A stretch of 32,000 nt of DNA, from NCBI RefSeq assembly GCF_000023205.1, contig NC_012803.1:630001-662000 (forward strand), read 5' to 3'. Both the position numbers and the translations under genes were made by a program. Positions 9,691 through 17,934 of the stretch are shown here, piece by piece. This DNA comes from Micrococcus luteus NCTC 2665. GTDB taxonomy: Bacteria > Actinomycetota > Actinomycetes > Actinomycetales > Micrococcaceae. Each line of letters starts with the position of its first letter. Within the stretch, counting starts at the first letter, position 1. A model generated the notes under the pieces. The model did no database searches. It saw only the letters and a list, made by a program, of their open reading frames with translations, and had not been told where the DNA came from.

Positions 9691-10575
9691 TCACGCACGC
9701 CCCTTCCCTGCGGTGAGGTCGTCAGCGTAGGCCGACGCGTGGAGGCCCAGGTGGTCGTGGGCGGCGCGGATCTGCACATCGTTGCCGCCGGTGCCCACGT
9801 TCATGGCGTGGAGCCCGCCGCCCTGGGTCCTGGGATAGGTGTAGAAGGTGCCCAGATGGTCGATCGCCACACGCCGTTTCGGCACGCCGGCGGCCACGGC
9901 GACGGCGTTCACCCAGACGTCGTCGGCACGGGGGGAGAGCTCCTGGAACACCGTCCCGTGCTGCAGCAGCGCCTCCTGGAGGGCGCGCGGGTACACCGAG
10001 CCCGCGCCCGTGGTGATGAACGTGCGGGGTGACTCCGCCCCCACGGGGGCCTGGCCCCAGTCCGAGTACGGGAGCAGGCCGTCCTTCGTGGTCCGGATCC
10101 AGTGCGCCCGGTAGCCGAGGAAGTGCTCCGGCCGCTGGACGTGCTCATGGACCAGCCCCTCGAGCCACGTCGCCGGGTAGAGGATGTCGTCGTCCGCGGC
10201 GACGATCGGGGTGTCCGAGGGCCCCTCCGACTCCAGCAGGGAGTAGTACTTCTTGTGCGGCTTGTAGTCGACCGTGGGGAGGATCTCGAGTCCCCTGGCC
10301 TGCAGGCGGCCCAGCATGGGGTGCTCCTGGACGGTCCGCTCCGGGTCGTCCACCCACAGCACCATCCGCCGTGGGCGCAGTCGCCCGGCCGCGAGGGACT
10401 CGATGGTGTGCCCCACGACGGCCATGCGCTCCCCGTAGGAGGTGAGGGACAGGGTGACGGGCGCCGGTCCTGTCACCGGTGCCCGGCTGACCCGGTTGCG
10501 CGCGCGCAGGGCCAGGATGCGGGATCCCTTCCCGACCACCCGGAGTGGGCGCGGGGCGGTGGAGTCCATCTGCAT
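9691..10575 (-). CDS. GT-A fold glycosyltransferase (GT2-like)
   Basis: VTLSLTSYGER near the N-terminus, MVLWVDD, and an acidic DDD motif (IVAADDDILYP) typical of GT-A enzymes. GAGGA lies 8 nt upstream of ATG 10575. No family-level search was done. Confidence 0.65.
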   Translation of the reverse strand: MQMDSTAPRPLRVVGKGSRILALRARNRVSRAPVTGPAPVTLSLTSYGERMAVVGHTIESLAAGRLRPRRMVLWVDDPERTVQEHPMLGRLQARGLEILPTVDYKPHKKYYSLLESEGPSDTPIVAADDDILYPATWLEGLVHEHVQRPEHFLGYRAHWIRTTKDGLLPYSDWGQAPVGAESPRTFITTGAGSVYPRALQEALLQHGTVFQELSPRADDVWVNAVAVAAGVPKRRVAIDHLGTFYTYPRTQGGGLHAMNVGTGGNDVQIRAAHDHLGLHASAYADDLTAGKGRA

Positions 10576-10620
10576 GGTGCGGGTCCTCTCTGGGCGGTGC
10601 GAGACCGGTCGATGCCGGGA

Positions 10621-11406
10621 TCAGGCGCTGGTGACGTCCTCAGCGCGGCGGCGGCGCTTCAGGATGTCCGGACGGCCGACTGGATGGAACACCTGGGGAC
10701 CCCTGTAGAGCGCCTTGAGGACCGGCAGGGGGAGCCGCAGCCCGGGGGAGAAGCGGCGGAACATGGCGGGGTCCCGGTCCTTCATGGCGGTCCAGCTGAG
10801 GCCGTTCTCCGCGACGGCGGTGGCCACCACCGTCTCGTCGTTGGGGTGCATGAGGTCGGAGGGGACGTGCTGGACCTCGCGCCGCAGTGCTGTTGCCGCC
10901 TCCACGGCTGCCCGGCTGACGCGCAGCAGCGGGAAGAACGAGTGCCACTCACGTCCGCTGAAGCCACGGGAGGTCAGCGTGCCGTACCAGAAGCCCCCCG
11001 GATTCTGCGGCGCCATGGAGTGCACCACGAAGTCCGCGGGGTCTTCCGCATAGCGATGCGTGAACTCCATCGGCGTCTGGCCGGAAAAGGCCACGTCGGG
11101 TTCGGTCAGCCAGGCGCGCTCCACGCGGCGCTGGGCGAACAGCACGGACAGCGCGTAGTCACCGCAGCGCCACCCCGAGTCGCTGATGTCCGTGGACAGA
11201 CCGAGCTGTTCGAGTGCCTCCGGGGTGATACGGACGACGTCCACATGGGCCGGCCACTGCTGGGCCGGAGACGAGGCCTCGTCCGCCACGACCACGACGC
11301 GATCCTCGCCGAAGGCACGTACCAGTCGGCGATGCGCGGCCAGGGTGGGGCGGTCCGGGCGATGAGCGCGGAGTGCGATCATCTCCTGTGGGGGGACGGG
11401 GGTCAC
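10621..11406 (-). CDS. Hypothetical protein of the polysaccharide operon (no recognised domain)
   Basis: The ORF is open from 11481. GTG 11406 is preferred because AAGGAGG (plus-strand cctcctt, 11411-11417) sits 4 nt upstream. ATG 11382 is an alternative start. No motif could be assigned by eye. Confidence 0.5.
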   Translation of the reverse strand: MTPVPPQEMIALRAHRPDRPTLAAHRRLVRAFGEDRVVVVADEASSPAQQWPAHVDVVRITPEALEQLGLSTDISDSGWRCGDYALSVLFAQRRVERAWLTEPDVAFSGQTPMEFTHRYAEDPADFVVHSMAPQNPGGFWYGTLTSRGFSGREWHSFFPLLRVSRAAVEAATALRREVQHVPSDLMHPNDETVVATAVAENGLSWTAMKDRDPAMFRRFSPGLRLPLPVLKALYRGPQVFHPVGRPDILKRRRRAEDVTSA

Positions 11407-11527
11407 GGGGCCTCCTTGGATGGGATGGTCGCGGCCTGGGCTGTGGTCGGGGGGCGCCGGTGGATGCTTGACGCCAGACACATCCTAGTGCGCGGAGACG
11501 GGCCGCCCGGATCGGGGGTCGGGGTGA

Positions 11528-12913
11528 TCACGCGCCGCGTCGGACGAGCTTCCGGACGGCCCGGGAGAGGAGGGCGAGATCCTCACGGCGGAGGCCGTAG
11601 AAGCCCGAGGCCGAGATGCCGAACCGGGTCTTCAGGAACACGATGTTCATGGTGCCGGACACATATGAGCCGACCAGGGTGGACAATGCCGCTCCCACGA
11701 CGCCCCAGGGGCCGACCGCCGCCAAGAACACGGTCAGGTTGCACGCGGCACCGATTGCCATGGAGATGCTGCGCAAGCCGGGCCGCCCACGGGCACTGAG
11801 ACCGGCCCCGGCAACCGAGCCCGAGGTGCCCACGACCGTGGCCAGCAGCAGGATCGCGGCCGCCAACCAGGCGTCGGCGAAGCCCGGGCCGAACAGCCAG
11901 GGGATCCACCAGTGCATGGTGGACCCGAGTCCGAGCGCGGCCGCCGCGGAGCCCGCCACGGCCAGCCGACTCGCCTGCTGGAGGCGGCCCGCCTGGAGCG
12001 CCGGGTCCGTCTCCGCCGAGTCCGCGGCGAACACCACGTTGCGCACGGCCGCGGAGATCACCGTGGGCACCTCGCCGATGGTCACGGCGACGGCGTAGAG
12101 GCCCAGCTGCATCTCATCGGACAGCGGCACCATGAGCACCTGGTCCACCCGTGTGAGGATGATGCCGGAAAGCGCTCCGAGCCAGATCTTGAGCCCATAG
12201 CCCAAGAGGGTGCTCAGGGACGGGGCCGCCCCGGGCACCGGGGGATCGCGCAGCACCCGGACGATCAGGGGCAGGTAGATGAGGCCGGCCAGCACCGGGA
12301 CGGCGGAGAACGTCAGGGCGGCGCTGGGGACCGACAGGTGCCCGGAGAGCCAGAGCACGACGATCACCAGGGCGCGGGCCAGGCCGGCGACCCAGGATTC
12401 GAGGGACACCAGCCTCCACCTGTGTTGACCGGAGGCGATGGCTCGGGGCACGAGCAGGACGAGCGTGGGAGTCACGAACGCGGCGGTGAGCCGAATGACG
12501 CCGGTGAGCTCGTCGTTGCCGGCCGAGAGCCAGGGCGCCGCGAACCAGGTGCCGATTCCGCCGAGCACACCGAGCCCGGCGATCACCGCCCCCGCCTGCA
12601 GGAGCATGGCGCGCTCGCCCCCGGGGCGCCGCGCCACGTGATGCGTCACGGACTCCTGAAGGCCGAAGGTGAGCACCGCGCCGAGGAACAGCAGCGTGGC
12701 GGTGCCGGCGGCCAGCTCGCCGCGGCCCTCCACGCCGAGGCTGTGGGCGAGGATCGGCGCCGTCACGAGCGCCAGGAAGGGCGGGACGGCGAGGGCCAGG
12801 ATCTGCTGCACGACGCTGCGCCCCATCCCGGCGCGTGCGGCCGTCGCACCGGAGGGCGGCGGGGGGACCGTGGGCGTGGGCCGCGCGGACGGGGGCGTGG
12901 GGTCTGCTGTCAT
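11528..12913 (-). CDS. Wzx-like oligosaccharide flippase (MOP/polysaccharide biosynthesis protein family)
   Basis: 461 aa, about 12-14 hydrophobic helices by eye, with the Gly/Ala-rich composition typical of MOP flippases. Its ATG (12913) overlaps the stop of the upstream gene (ATGA). Confidence 0.75.
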   Translation of the reverse strand: MTADPTPPSARPTPTVPPPPSGATAARAGMGRSVVQQILALAVPPFLALVTAPILAHSLGVEGRGELAAGTATLLFLGAVLTFGLQESVTHHVARRPGGERAMLLQAGAVIAGLGVLGGIGTWFAAPWLSAGNDELTGVIRLTAAFVTPTLVLLVPRAIASGQHRWRLVSLESWVAGLARALVIVVLWLSGHLSVPSAALTFSAVPVLAGLIYLPLIVRVLRDPPVPGAAPSLSTLLGYGLKIWLGALSGIILTRVDQVLMVPLSDEMQLGLYAVAVTIGEVPTVISAAVRNVVFAADSAETDPALQAGRLQQASRLAVAGSAAAALGLGSTMHWWIPWLFGPGFADAWLAAAILLLATVVGTSGSVAGAGLSARGRPGLRSISMAIGAACNLTVFLAAVGPWGVVGAALSTLVGSYVSGTMNIVFLKTRFGISASGFYGLRREDLALLSRAVRKLVRRGA

Positions 12914-13872
12914 CGGAGTCGTCCCTTCACGACGCCTTCACGGAGACGGCGGTAGCGGCGGTAGTCCTCGAGGACGGTCGGGATGGCCCGTACGCCGCGT
13001 CGCAGGCGCCGCCACCGGGCCAGCCACAGGCTGCGCAGGCCGGCGTCGGCGACGGAGAGGTCTTGGGAGGCGAGAGCGGTGCGGCTGGGGGCGAGCGCCT
13101 CCCACAGATGGCGCACCCGGTCGAGGCCGCGAGCCTGGGCCAGGCCGGCGAGCCGCAGTGTGGCGGACTCCCGGCTGTGCGTGTACAGCAGCCAGTCGTC
13201 GTCCGGGGCGGGCAGACCCGACCAGTCGCGGTCCGGGCAGAGATCCTGCAGCATCGGTGCGAGGGCGGCGCCGGCGTTCAGCTCCAGGCCGACCTCGATG
13301 AACTGGTCCCGCAGCTCCGGGGTCACCAGGACCTCGTCCACGAGGAACCGCAGCTGCCCGTCTGCGCGCCTGTCCCAGGGCTCCCGGAGGGAGGTGAGAG
13401 CGAGGATCACCGCGTGCGCGGCCCGGGACGGGGCCGCCACCGGCCAATGGGCCACCTCCACCTCCGCGTGGTCCGACCACAGCCGGTCGAACGCCCGCTT
13501 CGGATCGCGGGCATCGAGGCCTGGGTAGCGGTGGTGCACGTCCAGGTCACACGGCCACTGCGGATGCATGACCGTGACGGAGTGTTCGGGGAAGATGCCC
13601 AGGTGGTTGTCGTCCGGGCGTGGCACCCACCCCTGGCCACGCAGCGCGTGGAGCAGGGGCTCGACGTCTCCGGGCGCCACCAGCACGTCGACGTCAGTGG
13701 GGCGGCCCGCCGGCCGTAGCAGCTGCACCTCGGCGGTGATCCCTTTGATGACCAGTGCGCGGACGCCGGCTGCGGCGGTGGCTTCCTGGACGGCCGCCGC
13801 AGCGAGCGGGATCGCCTGCGACAGGGGGAGCGGCTCGACCTCCCCGCCCGGCCGAGCCTCTTGGGCCGTCAC
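12910..13872 (-). CDS. Uncharacterised nucleotidyltransferase family protein (PF14907/NTP_transf_5-like)
   Basis: The pattern ...ALVIKGITAEVQLL....RPTDVDVLVAPGDVEPLLHALRGQGW....HSVTVMHP.WPCDLDVHHRYPG matches my recollection of this family (D.D nucleotidyltransferase core followed by DLH..). GTGA overlap with the kinase stop and ATGA overlap with the flippase start. Confidence 0.6.
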   Translation of the reverse strand: MTAQEARPGGEVEPLPLSQAIPLAAAAVQEATAAAGVRALVIKGITAEVQLLRPAGRPTDVDVLVAPGDVEPLLHALRGQGWVPRPDDNHLGIFPEHSVTVMHPQWPCDLDVHHRYPGLDARDPKRAFDRLWSDHAEVEVAHWPVAAPSRAAHAVILALTSLREPWDRRADGQLRFLVDEVLVTPELRDQFIEVGLELNAGAALAPMLQDLCPDRDWSGLPAPDDDWLLYTHSRESATLRLAGLAQARGLDRVRHLWEALAPSRTALASQDLSVADAGLRSLWLARWRRLRRGVRAIPTVLEDYRRYRRLREGVVKGRLR

Positions 13873-15449
13873 GCCCGCGCGGTGGGCGAGGACTCGGCGT
13901 CCGTGGGCTCGGCCGTCGTCGTGGATGTGTACGCGTAGTACGACTTGCCGTAGAACCCGTAGTAGCTGGCCTCGGGACCGGTGGTGGGGACGCGGTTCAG
14001 GACCGCGCCCAGGACGGGGCCGTTCACCTTCGCCAGGTTGCCCAGGGCCTTCGCGAGCTCGTCACGCGTCGTCTGGCCGGCCGTGACCACGAGCACGCAG
14101 CCGTCGTACTTGGCGGCGAGGATGGCGGCGTCGGTGACGGGCAGCAGCGGCGGGGCATCCACGATCACCACGTGGTCCTCCGCGATCGAACGCAGCACGG
14201 ACTCGAGCCGGGCGGAGGCGAGGATCTCGGAGGGATTCGGCGGTACGGGGCCGGAGGCCAGGACCTTGAGGTCACCCACATCCGGGACGGGCTGGAGGAC
14301 GTCCCAGACCTCCGCGTTGCCGATCACGGTGTTCGTCAGGCCCACCGAGCCCTCCACATGGAAGGAGCCGGCCACGGTCGGGCGGCGCAGGTCCGCGTCC
14401 ACCAGGACCGTGGGGATGCCGGACTCGGCGAGGGTGATGGCGGTGTTCGCGGCCACGGTGGACTTGCCCTCGGCGGGGAGCGCTGAGGTGATGACGATGA
14501 TCCGCGGCGGGTTGTCCGGGCGGATGAACTGAAGGTTGGTGCGCAGCTCCTTGAACGCCTCGGCGAAGTGGAAGGTGACGGTCGCGTCCGAGGCGTCGGC
14601 GCCCCGGAGTCCGTCACGCAGGGTGGCGCGGCCGGAGCGATCGGCCTTGCTGCCCTGCTTGTCCCGGCCCTTCTTGCCCTTGGCCGACTTGCGACTCATC
14701 ACCGGGATCGTGCCCAACACCGTGAGCCCGAAGTCGTCCTCGAGAGCCGCCGAAGACTTGATGCGACGGTCGTTCACAGCACGAAGGGCGGTCAGGGCCA
14801 GGCCGAGCACCAGGCCGGAGAGGGCTCCCAGGGCCAGGGCGAGCCGCCCGTTCGGGCTGTGGGGGGTGGAGGGCTTCGTGGCCTCCACCAGGGGGAGCAC
14901 CTTGATAACGGACTGCGCCGTGACCTCGTCCGCGTCGGCGACACCCGGCATCTGCTGGTTCTCGATGTTGGAGACCTCCTGCGCGAGCGACGCCACCCAC
15001 GCGTCGGCGAGGGCCTGGGCGGTCTCGGGTGAATCCTGCACGACGCTCAGGCGCACCTCGGCCGTGTCCGGCGGGACGGCGACGGTCAGGCTGCCCAGAG
15101 CGGCGTCGGGAGAGATGTCGAGGCCGGCTCGCTCCACGGCCCCCTCAGCCACCGACCGCGACTTGGCGAGCTCCTGATACTGCGTGGCCTTGGACTTGGC
15201 CAGATTGTCTGCAGTGAGGGCGATACCCAGGTTCTCGTTGACTCCGGCAGTGACCACAGCGGACGCCTGAGACTGGTAGGTCTGCGGCTGGGTCAGGGTC
15301 CACAGGGCAGCCAGCAGGATCCCGACCAACGTGCACGAGGCGAGAAGGACCCAGTGGTCCCGCACCGCCCGGAGCACGTCGCGGGGCGTGAAGCGGGAAT
15401 GCTCGTTCGCCGAGGGCTGGTCCTTCGTCGAGGGCTGGTCCATGGTCAC
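13869..15449 (-). CDS. Polysaccharide biosynthesis tyrosine autokinase (fused Wzz-type chain-length domain plus BY-kinase)
   Basis: N-terminal TM followed by a Wzz-like extracytoplasmic region and a second TM. Walker A is ITSALPAEGKSTVAANTA, Walker A-prime is VLVDADLRRP, Walker B is VIVDAPPLLPVTDA. C-terminal Tyr cluster YYGFYGKSYYAY. GTG start at 15449 with GGAGGAA 5 nt upstream. Confidence 0.9.
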   Translation of the reverse strand: MTMDQPSTKDQPSANEHSRFTPRDVLRAVRDHWVLLASCTLVGILLAALWTLTQPQTYQSQASAVVTAGVNENLGIALTADNLAKSKATQYQELAKSRSVAEGAVERAGLDISPDAALGSLTVAVPPDTAEVRLSVVQDSPETAQALADAWVASLAQEVSNIENQQMPGVADADEVTAQSVIKVLPLVEATKPSTPHSPNGRLALALGALSGLVLGLALTALRAVNDRRIKSSAALEDDFGLTVLGTIPVMSRKSAKGKKGRDKQGSKADRSGRATLRDGLRGADASDATVTFHFAEAFKELRTNLQFIRPDNPPRIIVITSALPAEGKSTVAANTAITLAESGIPTVLVDADLRRPTVAGSFHVEGSVGLTNTVIGNAEVWDVLQPVPDVGDLKVLASGPVPPNPSEILASARLESVLRSIAEDHVVIVDAPPLLPVTDAAILAAKYDGCVLVVTAGQTTRDELAKALGNLAKVNGPVLGAVLNRVPTTGPEASYYGFYGKSYYAYTSTTTAEPTDAESSPTARA

Positions 15450-15569
15450 GAGGGTTCCTCCAGGGGTCGAACGATCAGTGGCAGCGGGATCCGGATGCCG
15501 TTTGTCTCACATCGCCGCCAATGCTAACTCACACACGAACACACGGATCGGGACAGGGCCGGGACGCCC

Positions 15570-15896
15570 CTATGCGACCTCATGGACTCGTTCCACCAGA
15601 CCCGCGGCCTCGAGCTCCTGGAGCTGTCGCAGCACGAGGCGGGCGAACTCGTCAGACGAGAGCGCCTCCTCCACGGACACGGCGCCGGACGCCACGAGAT
15701 CCGTCGCGAGTCGACGGGCAGAGGTGGGTTCACCCGCGCGTTGCCAGACGAGTGCCCCGGGTGGGCTCAGGAGGGCGGGCGGACCCCCGCCGGGAGGCAG
15801 GACGTAGACCTTCCCCTCGCCTTGATCGGTCGTCCAAGGGCGGCGGGTGGCGCGCAGGACCGTGTCGAGCCGCAGCGGTCCTCCTCTTCCGGTCAT
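15570..15896 (-). CDS. PqqD-family (RiPP-recognition-element-like) small protein
   Basis: The 108-aa product LRATRRPWTTDQGEGKVYVL..(G)..LSPPGALVWQRAGEPTSARRLATDLV...VSVEEALSSDEFARLVLRQLQELEAAGLVERV follows the PqqD pattern (beta strands, then a winged helix ending in ..L...GL(V/I)). ATG 15896 forms an ATGA overlap with the upstream stop. The alternative ATG 15944 would overlap that gene by about 50 nt. Confidence 0.6.
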   Translation of the reverse strand: MTGRGGPLRLDTVLRATRRPWTTDQGEGKVYVLPPGGGPPALLSPPGALVWQRAGEPTSARRLATDLVASGAVSVEEALSSDEFARLVLRQLQELEAAGLVERVHEVA

Positions 15897-16165
15897 CGTG
15901 GCCCGATCCCGCGGCGCCACTGGTCCTGGCCGGGCCGGGCCCACAGGCCGAGGTCGCCGCGGCGCACGAGGGTGCGGTCCGGGCGGCGCATGCGGCCGTG
16001 CCGACCGGTCTGCGGGACCTCGGTGCCGCCCTGGGCCCGCATCTGGGCGAGAATCGCGGTGAGGGCGGCCATCTCCGCAGGCTCAAGCTGGGCGCCGTCC
16101 AGGCGCACGCCCTCGTTCTCCTCGTGTTCCCCGTCCTGACGCGGGGCGTGCTCGAGGGCGCTCAC
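15893..16165 (-). CDS. Acyl-CoA carboxylase epsilon subunit (AccE/PccE-like)
   Basis: This 90-aa ORF is hidden inside the 630-aa track ORF. Its GTG at 16165 forms a GTGA overlap with the pccB stop. It has the motif [15 protein letters not shown] (compare NPTPEELAAL.AVL) and a C-terminal W..PG...WR, both typical of epsilon subunits that follow carboxyltransferase genes in actinobacteria. Confidence 0.7.
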   Translation of the reverse strand: MSALEHAPRQDGEHEENEGVRLDGAQLEPAEMAALTAILAQMRAQGGTEVPQTGRHGRMRRPDRTLVRRGDLGLWARPGQDQWRRGIGPR

Positions 16166-17745
16166 AGCGGCATGTTCCCATGCTTCTTGGCGGGGCGGGC
16201 CTCGCGCTTGTGGTAGGTGGCGCGCAGCGCGCGCACCAGGTGGCCGCGGGTGGCGTGCGGGGGCACCACGGCGTCCACGTAGCCCAGCTCGGCGGCCTGG
16301 TAGGGGTTGAGCAGCTCGGCCTCGTAGTCGGCCACGATCTCGGCCCGCCGCGCGTCGACGTCGCCCCCCGCCTCCGCCGTCGCCTTCAGGTCGCGCCGGT
16401 ACAGGATGTTCACGGCGCCCTGGGCGCCCATCACACCGATCTGGGCCGAGGGCCACGCCAGGTTCAGGTCCGCGCCGAGCTTCTTGGAACCCATCACGAT
16501 GTACGCGCCGCCGAAGGCCTTGCGCGTGATCACGGTCAGCTTCGGCACGGTGGCCTCGGCGTAGGCGTAGATGAGTTTGGCGCCGCGGCGGATGATGCCG
16601 TTGAACTCCTGGTCCGTGCCGGGCAGGAACCCGGGCACGTCCACGAGGGTGATGATCGGGATGTTGAACGCGTCGCAGAAGCGCACGAAGCGGGCGGCCT
16701 TCTCCGAGGCGGCGATGTCCAGGGTGCCCGCGAACTGCATCGGCTGGTTCGCGACGACGCCCACGCTCATGCCGTCCAGGCGGGCCAGGCCGGTGATCAC
16801 GTTGGGCGCGTACAGCTCCTGCAGCTGCAGCAGGTGGCCCTCGTCCACGATCGAGGCGATGACCTCGAGCATGTCGTAGGGCTGGTGGGCGGAGTCCGGG
16901 ACGATCACGTCCAGCGCCTCGTCCTCCGCCGTGAGGTCGAGGGAGGTCGGCTCGAACGCGGGGGCCTCGGCCAGGTTGTTCGAGGGAAGGAACTCCAGCA
17001 GGTCCTGCACGTAGGCGATCGCGTCCTCCTCCGAGGAGGCCATGTAGTGGGCGGTGCCGGAGGTGGCATTGTGCGAGCGGGCGCCGCCGAGGGTCTCCAT
17101 GTCCACATCCTCGCCCGTGACGGTCTTGATCACGTCCGGGCCGGTGATGAACATGTGCGAGGTCTGGTCCACCATCACCACGACGTCCGTCAGCGCCGGC
17201 GAGTAGGCCGCGCCGCCGGCGGAGGGGCCCATGATCAGCGAGATCTGCGGGATCATGCCCGAGGCCAGGACGTTGTTCCGGAAGATGTCCGCGAACTGGG
17301 CGAGGGAGGCCACCCCCTCCTGGATGCGCGCGCCGCCGCCGTCGAGGATGCCGATCACGGGGCAGCCGTTGCGCGCGGCGAACTCCTGGACCTTCACGAT
17401 CTTCTGTCCGTTGCGCTCGGACAGCGAGCCGCCGAACACGGTGAAGTCCTGGGAGTAGACGGCCACCTGGCGCCCGTCCACGGTGCCGAAGCCGGACACC
17501 AGGCCGTCGCCGGCCGGGTGCTTGGCGTCCATGCCGAACGCGGTGGTGCGGTGCACGGCCAGCGCGTCCAGCTCCACGAAGGAGCCCTCGTCCAGGAGGA
17601 GGTCGATCCGCTCGCGCGCGGTGTGCTTGCCGCGCGCGTGCTGGCGCTCGACGGCGTCCGGGCCGCCGGGCGCGGCCGTCGCCTCGAGCCGCCGATGCAG
17701 GTCGGCCAGCCGGCCGGCCGTGGTGGTCAGATCGGGATCGGTCAC
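16162..17745 (-). CDS. pccB: Acyl-CoA (propionyl-CoA) carboxylase carboxyltransferase beta subunit
   Basis: Strongly conserved carboxyltransferase sequence, for example [48 protein letters not shown]..(F)[24 protein letters not shown] start at 17745 with AAGGAGG 4 nt upstream (plus-strand cctcctt, 17750-17756). Confidence 0.95.
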   Translation of the reverse strand: MTDPDLTTTAGRLADLHRRLEATAAPGGPDAVERQHARGKHTARERIDLLLDEGSFVELDALAVHRTTAFGMDAKHPAGDGLVSGFGTVDGRQVAVYSQDFTVFGGSLSERNGQKIVKVQEFAARNGCPVIGILDGGGARIQEGVASLAQFADIFRNNVLASGMIPQISLIMGPSAGGAAYSPALTDVVVMVDQTSHMFITGPDVIKTVTGEDVDMETLGGARSHNATSGTAHYMASSEEDAIAYVQDLLEFLPSNNLAEAPAFEPTSLDLTAEDEALDVIVPDSAHQPYDMLEVIASIVDEGHLLQLQELYAPNVITGLARLDGMSVGVVANQPMQFAGTLDIAASEKAARFVRFCDAFNIPIITLVDVPGFLPGTDQEFNGIIRRGAKLIYAYAEATVPKLTVITRKAFGGAYIVMGSKKLGADLNLAWPSAQIGVMGAQGAVNILYRRDLKATAEAGGDVDARRAEIVADYEAELLNPYQAAELGYVDAVVPPHATRGHLVRALRATYHKREARPAKKHGNMPL

Positions 17746-17934
17746 ACGTCCTCCTTGTGGTGGTCCGCCAGATGCGGAGGCTCAATCGGCCAGTGTACGG
17801 GCCGCCGCGGACGCCCTCGGGTGGAGGAAGCCCGCAAACGGCGGGGACGCCGGCCCGGGTCGCCCCTTCGCGCGCCCCGGCGGCGGATCGGCCCGCCCAG
17901 CCCGCCCCCGGGAACGCCGTGTATATCTAGGGGC

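Noticed and set aside
11407-11527. A possible internal promoter in the 121-nt gap between the flippase and the orphan gene (minus-strand TAGGAT, plus coordinates 11483-11488). A similar TAGCAT lies at 15521-15526 upstream of the kinase.
   Set aside because: These are only isolated TANNNT hexamers without a convincing -35 or extended -10 element. That is too weak to annotate without TSS data.
8143-11799. The 629-aa and 565-aa plus-strand ORFs overlapping the acyltransferase, GT-A and orphan genes.
   Set aside because: This is the same shadow-ORF composition (runs of G, R, D, H, P). The minus strand encodes recognisable Acyl_transf_3/SGNH and GT-A motifs.
15411-15441. An 18-nt-period tandem duplication (cgagggctggtcc twice) giving DQPSTKDQPS at the kinase N-terminus.
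   Set aside because: It is real but trivial, probably a slippage duplication in a disordered cytoplasmic N-terminal tail. No evidence of function.
15450-15733. A search for a RiPP precursor peptide next to the PqqD-like gene. Candidates included tiny ORFs in 15450-15569 and the 69-aa out-of-frame ORF 15524-15733 ending in ...SVCSCVS.
   Set aside because: The intergenic ORFs are only 6-10 codons long and lack an SD sequence. The 69-aa ORF overlaps the PqqD-like CDS out of frame and has shadow-ORF composition. There is no support for a precursor.
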